From Botryllus schlosseri (taxonomy: Eukaryota): a stretch of DNA of 64,000 nucleotides. Position 1 is the stretch's first letter. Every line of letters begins with the position of its first letter. Positions 48,366 to 62,379 of this stretch are shown one piece after another. The notes beneath the pieces are model-generated. The model saw only the letters and a program-made list of their open reading frames with translations. It was not told the origin of the DNA and made no database searches. Position numbers and translations under genes: made by a program. The stretch lies in assembly GCA_051294905.1 (NCBI GenBank), contig CM119372.1, positions 39,682,001 to 39,746,000 on the forward strand, given 5' to 3'.

Positions 48366-49998
48366 CACATAGGATTCAAATAGTACTATTTGACATCCTC
48401 ACGAACGCAGCGGACTGCGAAACTGTCAAGGTAGTGCGTCTTTACTTTTTCCTCGTTTTCTTTAGTGAGCAATTTCACCTTATTTCTAAACCTTTATGTA
48501 CCAATCTGTTCTACAAGATGCACTCAATGGTAGTAGGCCTACATTAAAAGAGACTACGAAGCTGGCGTGACCTTGTATGAGTTCATTGTCGATTGTTGCT
48601 GTAATGATCGACTTTGTTACACTGTAATCACTCCTCTTGCGGTTAAACGAACGAAGTAGACTGGTTATTGTGCCATAATCTGACGTTAGGAATAGCGAGC
48701 TTGTCCGAATTAAGCGGATGATTTTCCGAACTAACTGGAGTTGCTTGCGTGCAATTTTTACTTTTGTTCCGTTCCTTAGCATCTTGACCGAATGAAGCGG
48801 TTGTTCTGATGATTCGATGTCCAAATTAAGAGAAGTCGACTGTATATATGCAGGACAGTGTTGATTAGTCGTTTAGTTTCGTCATCAATCGGTTTTGCCA
48901 ATTTATTGTTTGCTACCAGCACACAATAGCATGTGATATCTGTAACACTGTCGCTATATGACATATTGACTCGAAACAGTAACCTATTTGTTATTTGGGC
49001 TTTCCGTCGGCACGTTGCAGCGGCATTTATATACAATTTCATGTTTGCATGACGATATAATAAACAGCATTCGATTCAGCATTCCATTGCCAAGCGTTGA
49101 GGAGGGCCACCGTGTCGCAATCAATCAAACCACGTTTCCTTCCTGACGTTACGAGCTGCTACGCACGTTACTTGACTATGTAGTTGTCGTTTTGAAATAT
49201 ATATTGGAAAAGTTATCAAACCGACTACATCCATTAACTATTCACCGACATGATGATACTACTACCAAGAACAGAATTCTAGTCTAATTAGACTAATTTA
49301 GAGCGAAATGCCAGTGATCTAATTCTAATCCAATTTGTGAAAATTTTATATGCACTCGTTTTAATTCGAATCTAATTTATGTTTTCCTGAAATTGCTACA
49401 GGAGAACTGTATAGTGCGAAACGAGCCAAGCTTGCGGTACAGACATTTGCCGTTCTCGTGCTTATGGGAATGAACTCTGAACTTGATTCAACTTCCCAGT
49501 TTTTGCGAATTCAGTATTTCTAAATCGAATCTGATTTGGAAAAATTATATAGTTATAATCCTAAACACGAATCTATTATGGAAAAACGGTGTAGCTATAA
49601 TTCTAATTCTTGTCTAATTTGGACAAAAACTGTGAAGCTATCATTCTGACTCGACTAATTTGGAAACACTGGAAAATTTCTCGCGGCATAATTCTGCTAT
49701 TATCTCAACGGTCAATGAGAGTTATAAATGCAAATAGCGGATCAATTATATAATTGCGGTACGAAAATTGAAATGTATCGGTAGTTCAATATGTCCTTCA
49801 CGCTGCTACAATATCATTATGCAACGTCTTCGCTGGAGTGCTAAAACCCACAATTTAATGCGTGCGGTATATAGGCCTCTGCACATGCCATATCGTAGTC
49901 GCCATATCGGGCGGGTGCGATTCACTGCATAGCCGCAAAAACAATAAGAAAGCTTGAGTAACAAGAGTTATTTATGCTATAGTAAGTATACTTACAAA

Positions 49999-52900
49999 AT
50001 GGCGTATGCATTAAAGATGATTGTTTCTATGCTGGTTGTGACTGCGTGGATGGGTCAAAATTTCGCCAGTGAAGCTTGTAAGTTTTAACTTGTATTTGTA
50101 TGTAAATTTCCTCGCAATTTGTATCGCATACTCTCAGAGTGCGTACATTCAGAAAGAGAAGTGCGTATATTCACGCCCAAAGGTGGCGCGCGAAAACAGA
50201 AACAACCTCATAATTGTACTGCGGTGTCAAGCAATAAGAATCTTGTAATCCAAATGGTGGTTGATAAATTAGAATAATCACGAATCCAGTATGAAGGAAT
50301 GTAAGCACGTAGGATTTATAACAATGCCTTACCTCAGAGTTTTCAAATAGAAATTGCGTCGCGGGGTAATTCAAACCTTCAAATTGCTCGCGGGCCCGGC
50401 CCACAAGTGATTCCAAAATGATACCGCATGCACTTGATATTCTCTTTAATACTTCAATATCAAGTCTATATACCTAATAGTATATAAAATTATGATGACA
50501 TATCATGGATCATGGGGGTTCTATTCTAGCAATATACTTTTATTCGTGAACAATAGAATTGACAAAATGCGATGATTGATCAGTCTAGTACAGTTATGAA
50601 CCGCTAAAGTAATGGAGCTAACGACGATATAAGTTGGCGTATTTCCATGCCTTCTTTTTAGTCAAAATCTGCATGGCATTGGCCGAACGTATGAGCTGTG
50701 AGGAATACATGAGATTTGACTGCAAACGCGGATGTTGGAAATTGGAGGCAGGGCACCATTTGAGTCAAAAGTTGTATAGCAGTGCGACCATGGATACTTG
50801 AATTATATTTTTCTGTAACAATAATATATTTTCCATGGAACCTGCGTATAACGGTTACGCATTGCCGTTTTCGTTTCTGTGAACAACTGTCTTAGTACAA
50901 CTATATGTGTGCATCATTCTGTGCAACTGTTCAGTATGCTTTCTGTGACTTTCTCGAGTTCGCGGTTCTTCCATATATTACTGAAAAAAATGATCCTCTC
51001 TCCGCCCAAGTGTTCGGTATTAGCGGTAGAGCTGGTGGTGGATGATGACTTCGAAAATGCCAGAAGCGGAAATGTACATCGTTAAGTCATGTTTATGTCA
51101 CACGGATAAGACTATTTACGAGCCGAAATGACGGTCCGCCAAAGCAGGTTTATCACCCAGTGGTTTCCAACCTTTTAGGGGGCGACTCCAGTTCCAATTT
51201 GAAAATGTTCCGTTCCAGCCCAGAATTTGATATGCTGATTACTAAAAAGTTCAGCACCTTTGCCCTGACTTACTCTTGGCCAATTTTGTAATCTTACTAC
51301 GTTAAACGTCTTCCCTCCCCGATTCCCAGAATGTAAGCAAACCATCCCCGGTTTAGAACCACTGTCCTTGAGTAAAGCATCCAAACAGCCTTAACCGACT
51401 CCTGGAATGTACCGTTACCTAATAGTTACGATTATAATTAGACTTATTTCAGTAAATGATGGTTATTTTTATTCATTTTTTATTACATTTCCGCGAGGGC
51501 GTCAAAGCCGATATTAAATTCGCGCGAGGCGCAATGAAAGATTTCAAGCAGTATACATCTGCTTAAAAATAATATTGTTGATATTGATTTACGAGAAACA
51601 TATGCCTACTTCAGGCCTTCAAAATTCCGGACATTTTTACATATTTTAGAGTTTTCTCCCGGACACAGTTTGAAAATTCCGGACGTATGGCAATACTAAA
51701 CTAGAGTAAAACTGCAACACCGCAGTCGGGTGGTTATAATGCGACTTATGAACTTCTCGACATTTGCTGTCTAGAGCGATTAATAAATGGAAGTATAGGC
51801 TATTTCCTGAAAAGACTCAACATTTGTTGCAATTGTACCGAATAATACAATTATTTCTCCATCAACTCAGAATTGCTTTGCGGACAGGATGAAATCGTCT
51901 GGCGGGCCATGCGTTTGATATCCTCCCTTTACACCATGACTTAATCAGATGTCAGAATGTATGTTTGAAAAAGCAACCAAAATAAAAAAGCTATAGCGAT
52001 TGAATGTACACAAAGAACGAGAAACGCCGATATATTATGTTGATTGTGCAGTAATTAAATCGAAACACACAAGTAAGGAAATGCTGTTCAGTCGCTAACA
52101 AGTGGAGGTCAAATATTCGATCGACACCCCAGATCTGGGTTTCTAAATTCTGAGGTAGGTTCAGTTTTCTTGTGTCACCTTTTGGGTGTGAATGCACACT
52201 CAGTGTAACATTGCATAAAACCACAAATCTTTGCTCATATTGGTTCGTCAAAATCGCATCTAATTCTGTTCTGATCCAGGTGTGGAGCTTTCCGGGTGGC
52301 GAATTTCAGGGGACTATCTCTTCAAGTTGTTCAACGAAAAGGTGACCCCAGTAATGGCAAAAGCAAAGTGCTCGGGTTTCGGTGGAAATCTAGCGGCTGG
52401 AGTAATGAGAAACCAAGACTTCGCGCGGTATGAATCTTTGCTCCAGACAATATTATTAGCTGTGATCGCTCTGCGTCAGACTTGTACAAACTACCGATTT
52501 ATTTCACGTACAAGCATAGCAATGGCTATAAAGGTGTTCAAATAAATGCTGTGAAGTTATAAAAATGTGCCTTAAACTAGATGCCATATATTTTGAATAT
52601 CGACTGAATATATCAAGTTTATTGGTGAAATGCTTGTCATCGGTTTTGTTTGTTTGTTTAAGGTTTTCATGGTATTTGTCTACTACTATGGTCATTTACA
52701 CCAGGCCAATTTCTTAATTTTTATTCTGTAAAGTTTGGGTGTTACCAGTATCGGCTCATAATTCTGTTGCACAGTATTTCATTAAATACAGGAAATCAAC
52801 TTTATGTAATCATAGATACGTCAGTGACAGTCCTGACGTGGGAGGTCGCGGCCGGATGCCGTGGGTTGGATTCGAAAAAGTGGACGGGGACTGGATGTGG

Positions 52901-53083
52901 GTTGACGAGGGTGCCACTAATTCAGACACTACCGCTTGGAACTCGGAAGAACCAAACAATAAAACCGGTAACCAAGAGTACGCCCAAATATGGGCAGCCG
53001 TGGACGGGAAACTGTTCCTGAATGACGAGGGAGGTCGACGTAAACAACCCTACATTTGTGAGATATACCTTGGAAGTGTCTAA
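49999..53083 (+). CDS. Secreted single-domain C-type lectin (TC14-like), 3 exons, ~164 aa
   Basis: Exons 49999-50077 (signal-peptide-like MAYALKMIVSMLVVTAW..., gtaagt donor), 52280-52427 and 52816-53083 (alternative in-frame acceptor at 52792). CTLD motifs C..FGGNLA, WVG, WMW, EPNN, LND, YICE. Confidence 0.8.
50335..51925. mobile_element. Diverged copy of the 55690 hAT family in lectin intron 1, with nested insertions
   Basis: Colinear similarity to 55690-56604 (TTGCGTCGCGGG...; ATCGTCTGGCGGGCC); contains MITE 51158-51365. Confidence 0.6.
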
Positions 53084-53242
53084 AATGTGTTACTGATTCT
53101 AGCAAATATTTCCACGTTAGAGTGATGCATACGAGATAGTAGGCTACAACTATTGCAGGCGAAATATAAACTTGTACTACAGAGATGTAATTGCTTGTTT
53201 TCGATTCTTCGGTGGGAGATAGGGCTTGGGAGTAGTTGTAAG

Positions 53243-55216
53243 CAATGTTCCCTCTAAGCTGCGCACGTGCGCAAATGCGCAGTGCTGAAGCGGTCACTGC
53301 GCACAGAAAATCTAAGCTGCGCACAAAAAATCCCTAGTGATGTTTTTTAAGTCGTTGCGCACTGTTGTCCAAGGGACCACGCAGGCGCGCAAACTCGTGA
53401 AAAATTAGAGGGAACATTGCCAGGGGCAAATAGTGTTATCGCTGAAGTCTTACACCGAGGTACAAGTGCGGCCCGCAAAGGTAAATATTGTGCTCCGTGA
53501 AGAAATGAGACTATGCAATCACGAGCACCTAACGAAAAATCTTTTCTTTTAGTATGGTCTCGTACGCGTGAGCGATACTGACATAATTTCAATAGCGCAT
53601 TATTTTCTAGGAATGGCGAAATAACATGGTTTAACAAAGTTATAAATAACAATGGGCTAGCTCGAAGTTAGTCTGCGAGAAACTAGCGCATAGGCTTCTC
53701 CGCGTGTCATGAACATTGCGTAAGATTTCCTCAGGACCGTAACTGTCGCACCCCAAACCCTCAATTAGAGGGCCGAGATCGAAGGGAGCCCAAAATTATT
53801 TCGTGAATTAGCATAAATCATGGTGTATTTTTTGGGAAATTTTCAAAATATATTGTCAAATTAATTTTGTCAAATATATTGATTATTGCACCCTTCCCAT
53901 AACAAAAAATACGCGTGATTAAGAGAAATGGGCATATGAAGTTATAGGCTATGTGACATGCGACTCCGAGAAGTGCGCCAAAACGATCAGCAGCGAGAAA
54001 ACCTTGACCGAAAAGGACTGTCCTATATGCTGACCGAAAACTTCGATTCATACATATAAGTTTAATTGTCCATAGGCGCGTAAATGGCTGGCGCTGAATG
54101 TTCATGTGCTGGCGATCCGAGTCCCACAAGACAAATGCCATGTCGAGTAGAAAAATACCAATTTTAAATCGTGTTCGAGTTTTAGTTTAGTACAGCGGTT
54201 CCCAACCGAGGGGGGGGGGAATTCCCCCCTTGGGGGGACTTTGAAATTGTTAGGGAGGAATCTGGCTAAATTTTTTTAGGGAAAATCTGGCTTTGCATTG
54301 TATCGGAAGATACACTGGGTTCACAAGGTTTTTAGATTTGTATGGTATAGAACTTTTAAGTCGAAATTAGTTCTTTGCAGTTGTATGTTTCTTTGGCGGA
54401 TTTCAAGCTAGGTGTATGTTTAAATGCCATCCGTAGATATTACACCCCCTGATAAAGTGAGGCTCACGAGACGATTGCGTTGGGTCTGCGACAGCCTCTC
54501 GACCAAATTGCTAAAGCAGGAAAACGTCAAGCCGAGTTCAGCACAAAGCCGCTAGTGAAATTGTTTAACTTTTTAAGCCGACATATGAGCTAACGTGAAA
54601 AACATACCGTACCAAATTCATCGATTCAACTCAAGTCCGTAGCAAGCGGACTTGGTGATTTATTTTCCGTGAGCCGCTACCCGACCGGTCAAAAACAGGT
54701 CAAATTTGACTGTACTCTACCAAAGTTTAGTGCGGTCCGCATTCGCCATAGTTCGGCCATATCTGAATATGTTGGCCATTAATTGCTCAGACAACAAATG
54801 ATTGCGCATTAAAAAGCACATTTTCAGTCACAGGCAACACAGGACCTACCTTTTCTAACACACCTCATTCGATCAGCTTCACCGGTAAATCTGATTATAT
54901 GAGCAGAGAGAGGATAAAAATGGATAGCAATAGATATATGCAATTCCCGATCATATTGACCGATTCAATCATGAATCATATAAAATTTTCGCGCTGCGCG
55001 TTCAGACGACACAACCACCCTAATGGGCCCCGATGTAGATGATAAGTATTTGCAAAAAGCGCAGAGCCCGATAGGGGGGGGGGTCTGGGGGGCAAAGCCC
55101 CGCAGAAGTTCGGTTTATCACCTTATGTGGGGGGCTGGTTGCGCACTATTGTCCAAGGGCCTGCGCAGAGAGTTAACGTGTTTGCGCAGACTCGTGAAAA
55201 ATCAGAGGGAACATTG
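53243..55216. mobile_element. Composite hAT-type element with duplicated right end
   Basis: TIR CAATGTTCCCTCT / AGAGGGAACATTG at both 53419 and 55216; TSD GTTGTAAG matches only the distal end. Confidence 0.85.
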
Positions 55217-55689
55217 GTTGTAAGTGGGGCTGATCAATATCGAGTATCTGAGTGATTCGAGTGGGGTCGAGTATCACTCATGACGACGTAGGAACAAAAT
55301 AAAACATGTGGTTGTGTCAAACTTGTACCTTTTATGCGACCACAAAGATGGTAATGCCAGTTGTAGCTCTTTCGAAGTCAATTTTGTATTTTTAGGCCAT
55401 GCTAAACATGATCACGACTTCGCAGTAGCTTTGCACTACATGTTTCGTAAGCTGCGATGCCCCCAGTCTAGTTCCCAAGGCTTGCGGGATGGAAAATATA
55501 TTGGAATCTATAATTTTGGCTGATAAATTAACCTTTATTGGCGAGGAATGTATCATTTTAGTACTTGAAAAATCATCTCTCACTGCTCGATTCGAATCAG
55601 TAGTCGATTCAGATTCGAAAACTGGAATCATTGTGCGCAACCATCGTTGTTAGTAACTTGCCAAACAATATTCTATCTATGGTCTATGG

Positions 55690-56604
55690 CAGGGGTGTCA
55701 AACTCAAGTTGCGTCGCGGGCCGGATTCAAACCTTTGGATGGCTCGCGGGCCTGATCAATCAAATGATTTCAAAATGCTACCTCAAAATCCATGCCCTCA
55801 TTTTTCTTGAATCAATTGTTACTAAGCCCACCCCTACATACATAATCGTATATATTACATATATTACGTATCTTATGGATTCTATTCTACCAACACCTTT
55901 ATTCGCAAATAATGGAATTTGCAAAAAGTACGATAATTGGCCGGTGAAATAGTTATAAACCGCTAAAACAATGGCTGTAACGACGACATATGTTGGCAAA
56001 TTTATATGCCCCGTTTGATTTAGCCGTAATCTGGCGGCAGCCGTGGGTATGCGTTGTGAGGAGTTAGCCCCGCGGTCATTGGAAATAGGTTTATCAGTAT
56101 TATACCGCGACTTGGGTTTATGTGGAGGTCGGGGATCTTTTGAACGAAAACTGATATAGAATTGCGATAACAAATATTTGAATTACATTTTTGTGGCTAT
56201 TTTTCTTTATGTAACCTGCTTATACGGTTTCACATTGGCGTTTTTGCTTCTGCGAATAACTACATTTGGCCCATATTGTAGACGTCAGTGTGCATGTGCA
56301 CTTTTTGCCTTTACGGAATTGGGTGTCAGTATCTGCGATGGTTCCTAATAGCGATTAGAGTGAAACCTTGTAACACCGCTGTGGAATCGTTTTAAAGTGG
56401 TCCATGATCATTGATCATACTCGACATTTGTTATCCTGACGGATGATTGCATTGAAGTATTTCTTACTAAAATTTAAAAAAAAAATTGAGAATGTGCTGC
56501 ATAATACAAGAATTTTTCCAATCTACTCAGAATTGCTTCGCGGGCCGGATAAAATCGTCTGGCGGGCCGGATGCGGCCCGCGGGCCGTATGTTTGACACC
56601 CCTG
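55690..56604. mobile_element. hAT-type non-autonomous element
   Basis: TIR CAGGGGTGTCAAAC / GTTTGACACCCCTG; perfect TSD GTCTATGG. Confidence 0.92.
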
Positions 56605-58127
56605 GTCTATGGGCTATGGTCACGTGACTGCTTGCACGTAGCCTCAATCGGCTGGTTAGCACGCTTTTTCGTCTATTGTGCTATAGGCTATATTGAGATA
56701 TACTACCAAGTTATAGTAAATATTCGTTGTACCGCTGTTAACATATTACAATTGTTCAGATAAAGTCATTTAAGATGTTTCTTTCAGATATGTTTTATGT
56801 GCCTGCTCTATACGTGGTTGGTACTCTTGAAGGCAAAATACATATCCGTTGTGTGGTGGAGTCGTATCGCGGCACCTAACACTGATATCAAGCAGATTTT
56901 GTCAAATGACCATTTGTACTCACGTAGGAGTAGGAGTAGCGACTTACAAGTCAGTTAAAAGTAAAGTATTCTAGTTTTAGTCATTCCAAAAAAAGACTAA
57001 AAGATGTCAAGCAGGTGTAGAAGTAGTCTCAACTCATATCCACTTGACGAGGTATTCTCAGTGGCAAAATCTACTCGAATTAGATTATTTTCATACTTTT
57101 AGCTGTTATTGGGCGATGACCACTTTCAAAATTGTAGGATGCATCTTCGTGACTCAGAATGACCAGTGACACTGCCAAGATGTAGAATCGTCAGAAGTGT
57201 ACTGAATTACAAAGATGCAGGGGTTCTATTGCCCAGCTGTCATGGCCGGATGTATATTGACTCTCCTTTGTGCGATCAGTGACCAATATTGGTTGCAGTT
57301 GAATACAAAATGCCGTTGAAGATTACTCAATTCGCCGTTATAAGTAAGTAAGACAATGTGCTAAGCTGAAACGCTCTGTTAGAAATGGTACAACATTTGG
57401 TGTAGCGGAACTACACGCAAGTAAAACAGGCTTGAGCATTGGTTCAATAAGTCAGGAAACAGGGCCAGTTATGTACAGAAATGCTCAATTACTCGTGAAT
57501 GCATGTGAATTGAGAATACAAACTAATCTGTAGCTAAGCTAAGACCACATAAGCATGATTCAGTCCGCATCCGACATTCTCTCCATGTCCGAACTATCGT
57601 GACGAGTTCTGGATTTAGTACAGTGTATGTAATTTACACGGTCTACGACAATGTTCTTAGCCAGGGGTCCTTCGAGTAAGAAGCACCAAATGAAGGGGTA
57701 CGAGACGCCTTGTGAAATTATGCCTATTCGCTATCTGGACCCCAAACTTGCATTGCAAACCAACCACAAATATTATACTTTACTAGGCAGATTTATTCAA
57801 CACCAAAAATTTCTTCACCATCCGCGCCATTTTATTGATTTTAACTGAGGCACCATCAGACGCGGGGTTGAGAATAGGCAGGCGGTGAAAGAAATTTTAT
57901 CGAAACACCATGGGCTACGAGCGCTATAGGGTCAAGAAACACAAAGTTAAACAAGTATTTGATAGATAGGTTTTGGTAACGCTCAGCAATAAAAGAGTGA
58001 GAAAAAGTATTATGACGAGTTTACTGGGAACAGAAGATTTAGTCAGATTTAATGTTTTACAAATACAGAAGATCTAATTGCTTGTAGAATTTCTAAACTA
58101 TACAAAAACATGGTGGGGATAATATAT

Positions 58128-61100
58128 TTGTTGTTGTTGTTGTTGTTGTTAGTATTGAAATATATGGTGTTCGGCTACTATGGCCTTTTATACACCAGGT
58201 CTAAAGAGTCTGATAAATCCATTGGCGTCACAATGTCTGCCTGTGAGGATAACCAATTCAGCCACCGGTAGTAAAATCCGTATAGATCTGATAACAGTTT
58301 TGTGAGCTGAAACGGTATGCCTAGATTCGCCGCTGTCGTCTTCAAGTGATCGCGGTGAGGCGAATAGCGTTTGCAATCAATTAAAAAGTACTCGACCGTC
58401 TCGTCGATATCGCACGTGTCGCATAAATCAGTGTCGTGACATCCGATTCTGCGACGGGGCCAGTAAATTCTGAAGTGGCCTGTTCGCAATCTTATCAGAA
58501 TTGATGAGATTGTTCGCAAAGATGTGCTGCAGCTTGGCATGATTGTTTCCGAAGCGAATATCTCGCGATATTGCGAATAATCATCTGATTCTTTGAATTC
58601 ATCAATCCGTCTTTCCTCACAGTGTTTGGCGATTTGCGACCTTAGTTCCTTGAGTGACAGCGAGATTTGTTTGACCCCACGAGCTGGGGTTGAGCATGCT
58701 GCACTTCTGGCTAGCTGATCCGGCTGCTCGTTTTGACCCACTCCTCTGTGTCCAGGAATCCATATTAGATGCGTAGTTATGTTACGTCGCGACAGATTTC
58801 TGCAAGAAAGATTTGAGTAATTAAAGAATTCTCATATTGACGATTGGCTATCGCACAAAGGGCACTTAGACTGTCTGTAAAAATAGCTATTTCACAATGT
58901 GAGCGAAGATTGATTTCAGCCCGTAAAAGACCCTTTAATATCCCTGCAAGCTCCGCAGTAAATACGGACCCTTGCTGTGGACGGCGACATAATAAGAGCA
59001 TTTAGAGCCCTCGACAAATAATCCTGCGCCACATCCGTGGTCGTCACTGTAGATCAGTGGTTCTTAACCTTGCCACCAGCGCCCCCCAAGGGGCGCTGGC
59101 GATTTTGAAGGGGGCGAAAATGCTCAGGGGCGATATGGGGGGAGCTAGGCTCAGGGGGGCGATAAGGGGGCGCTGAAGAAAATTGGCTTCGCAGTAGATG
59201 ATGTGGTAGTAGGACATATCCTTAAGGAATATTCAGAACAAATTTACATCACAGAAAACATGTCAAATACGAACATGTTTGCTACATATGTTTTCATAAA
59301 TGTACTGGGTTATTATAATTCATATAAAGCAAATTGCGTGTACTTTTAGATCGCCAATTTCCCGTTATTTAAAACACTGCCGTCACGATTGCTAGGGTTA
59401 TTTTCAACAAAATGTTTTGAATTAGGTATTATATTCCACATCGCACAGCGTGTGAAAATCGAAGAAGGAGGCACTGTATATCACTTCTGATTGAGAGTGA
59501 GAGCCCCTCGTACATAGCATAAGTTTTGAAGCTTTGTGCACGAAATGAATAACTAAATACTATTGTATTTGAGAGCTACAAAATTAAATCGTCAGAATAT
59601 TTCTTCATCGTATCATAAAGGATGATATTATCTCGTGTTGTGGTCACAGCCTCCCACGAACGTTCTATAATATGAGTTGCTATGTTTGGAATACAGTCAT
59701 GTTAAAATTAATAACTGGGTACAGTACTAAATTCAATGTGAGCAGATAAATGCATCCCATTCTCAGTTGACTTACTTATAGTTACACGAATCACTAAGAC
59801 AAAATCCGAACCACAGGGTATATGAAACCGTACCCGATTGTTGTTTTAACAACCTTGATTAGACCCTGATTATTCCAATTATTACATATTATTGTATGGT
59901 TTATTACAGTCGAATGGTCCTCGAGCGCGATTAAAGCGCGAAATGTATCGAATACCAAAGTCCCAAAAAGACCGACTGAACTTTGGCCTCTTACCAATAC
60001 CGAAACTCTCGCAAGCCAAACCCCCAATCCGTTAGCTCGAAGAGTGCCCTAAATTTTTTCGGTGAATGAAAATAAATTAAACATCATGTTATGACGACTA
60101 CCTCACGGAAGAATACGCATCATTAAAGAAAATAGAAATAGGCATTTCGGCGTCGGCCATTACCACGCCACGATGCAGGAAGACATATGAAGTTCCGGTG
60201 AATTTGGGACTCCGAGAAGTTCGTCAAAAATATCGTCAGCGAGAAAACCTTAGCCGAAGAGGATTGCCCTTATGTTGAGCGTAAACTTCGATGCATATAA
60301 GTCTAATTGTTCATATGTGATTAAATCGCTCGTGCCGAATTATCATGTCGTCGCAATCTGCACCCACAGGACAAATAACATCCATCACAAAAAATTATTT
60401 TTCAGTGACGAAATACCAATTTTGAATCGTGTGCTAACTTTTGTTTAATACGACTATATAGCGGACGAGAGATAACAAAATCACATGTAACGATTTATTT
60501 GTACCATCGGGCACGCCCGAATATGTTCAATTATTAATTACGTGGCCTTCAATTTCCAATACAACAGCTCACTCAGCGCTACTGGTAAATCTGATTACAT
60601 GGGCTGAGAGGATAAAAAGTTTATAGTGACACAGGCTATATATGCATTACGCGATTACAACCTATTTCATTAATGGAATATAGAAAAGTTTGGCTCCTAG
60701 GGCGACGAGGCCACATAAACTTAGCTGACCATCAAAATGAGAACGAGGGTCTTGGGGGCGAAGCCCACACGAGTTTGGTTTATCACACTATGGGTGACCA
60801 AGATAATCATTTGTTTAGAGGGGCTGACAAAGTGCTGTTACGGCCCTCCCTCTGACCCATTGTCTTTATTACAGTCCTTACAATATGAGGTGGGGGGCGC
60901 TGGAGCACGATAATTTTTGAAAGGGGGCGCTGGAGGAAAAAAGGTTAAGAACCACTGCTGTAGATCATGGTGTGATTTCTACATATGTCATTAATGTACT
61001 GGTTACAAGATAGTTCTAAACCATACAGACATGTCTTAAGTTCGGGGTTGATCACAGAACGTTTGTTGCCATAGGTGGGCTTGTCAATACCAATGAATGG
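58128..61100 (-). mobile_element. 5'-truncated, degraded LINE (RNase H + CCHC, I-group-like) with (AAC)n tail, split by a hAT element
   Basis: IYSD..GCGAG, SVFTAEL, FTDSLSAL, WIPGH, LIRLRTGH, CDTC...ETVE...C; frameshifts; (TTG)n on + at 58128-58150. 5' boundary approximate. Confidence 0.8.
59055..60957. mobile_element. Non-autonomous hAT-type element (same family as 32584-34410)
   Basis: TIR CAGTGGTTCTTAACCT / AGGTTAAGAACCACTG; perfect TSD CTGTAGAT. Confidence 0.92.
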
Positions 61101-62379
61101 ATTGTGAGTTTTGTTTTGTTGCTCTATAACTAAAATATGCTGAGGTAGCCATAGGAGTAGCCGTCGGCGCTCGACTAGAAGTGGAAGTACCGCTCTAAAT
61201 TTCCACTCAAGTAGAACTAGAAGTCGAGATTTACAAGTAAGGAAAAATTAAGTATTTTAGGCATAGTTTTGCCTAAGAAACTGCTAACTGTCTAGTACAA
61301 GTAAAAGTAGTCTAAAATCATAACCACTTGAGGAAGTAGCGTGAGTAGGCCTAATGTACTTGAAGTACATAGAAAAGTAAAAGTACTTCGTGACCACCTC
61401 TGGAATCAAGATACGAAATTCGTCTCGTGTACAGACACCATCTCGTTTTATAGCAGCTGAATGTAGCAATATAGATTACGATTCTTGCAGTGACTATGAA
61501 GTGGTCAAAGTGGATAGCGTGGCTATTCAAGTGAAAGAAAAATGATACTGTAAGTGTCAGTTACATGCACAAGTAGCAGTTCCCAAGACTTTACTTAAAG
61601 TACTTTGTTACTGGTCACCTATATGAACTTTACGTAACGTTTCCTGATCTGTTCAGCCAGTCACCGAGAAAGCTTCCTGTTAAACGCGGTACTTCATAGA
61701 GGCTTTGAGTGTAAGGTTCAGATGAGGTTGGTCACATTATCGTCCGGGATTTGGGTATTCGAATCTGAATGAAGTATTAATTCTAGTCACTCGAGCAGAG
61801 TAGTGAGAGATGCTTTTATATAATATTGGAATTATAAAGCAAAATCATAGTTTCGACACTATTTTCCTCTGCGGAAGCCTTTGAAGCCTCGATTGGTCGT
61901 GTCGGAACCGATTCGAAACATGTAGTGCAAAGCTACTCTCGGTAGTGGAAATGAAATATCTGTAAAGTCGTGATCAAATCACAAAGTGAAAACCGTTAAT
62001 GTGATATAGAACCTACACGATATTTTGTGGTGGAATAAGATGAGAATATTAAACGCTCTACCTCATTCGTAGTGTTATGCCGTCCTATCGAGTGATACTG
62101 AAATACTCGACTCGAAGTAAAATAGAATCGAAACCCTCCAGCACTCGAGATCTTCCATAGCCTTGGTTGGTGGATAGTGAAAATGGTGCATCGATTAAGG
62201 AGTCACCATAGTAATATGAGTCAAGTAGGGCCTACTCCTTATGTATAGTTCCAATTGTCAGACAATCAGATGTCTCATCCTGTGGCAATTACAGATTGTA
62301 CTTTTCGATTACAAATTGTCCAGTACAAAACAGATTCATAATTGATTGTCGACTTCTTTGAGAGAATTTCGAAGGTCGT

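Noticed and set aside
48486..49042. Two overlapping minus-strand ORFs (112 and 88 aa)
   Set aside because: No recognisable motif or supportable splice structure; a non-coding or UTR exon cannot be excluded.
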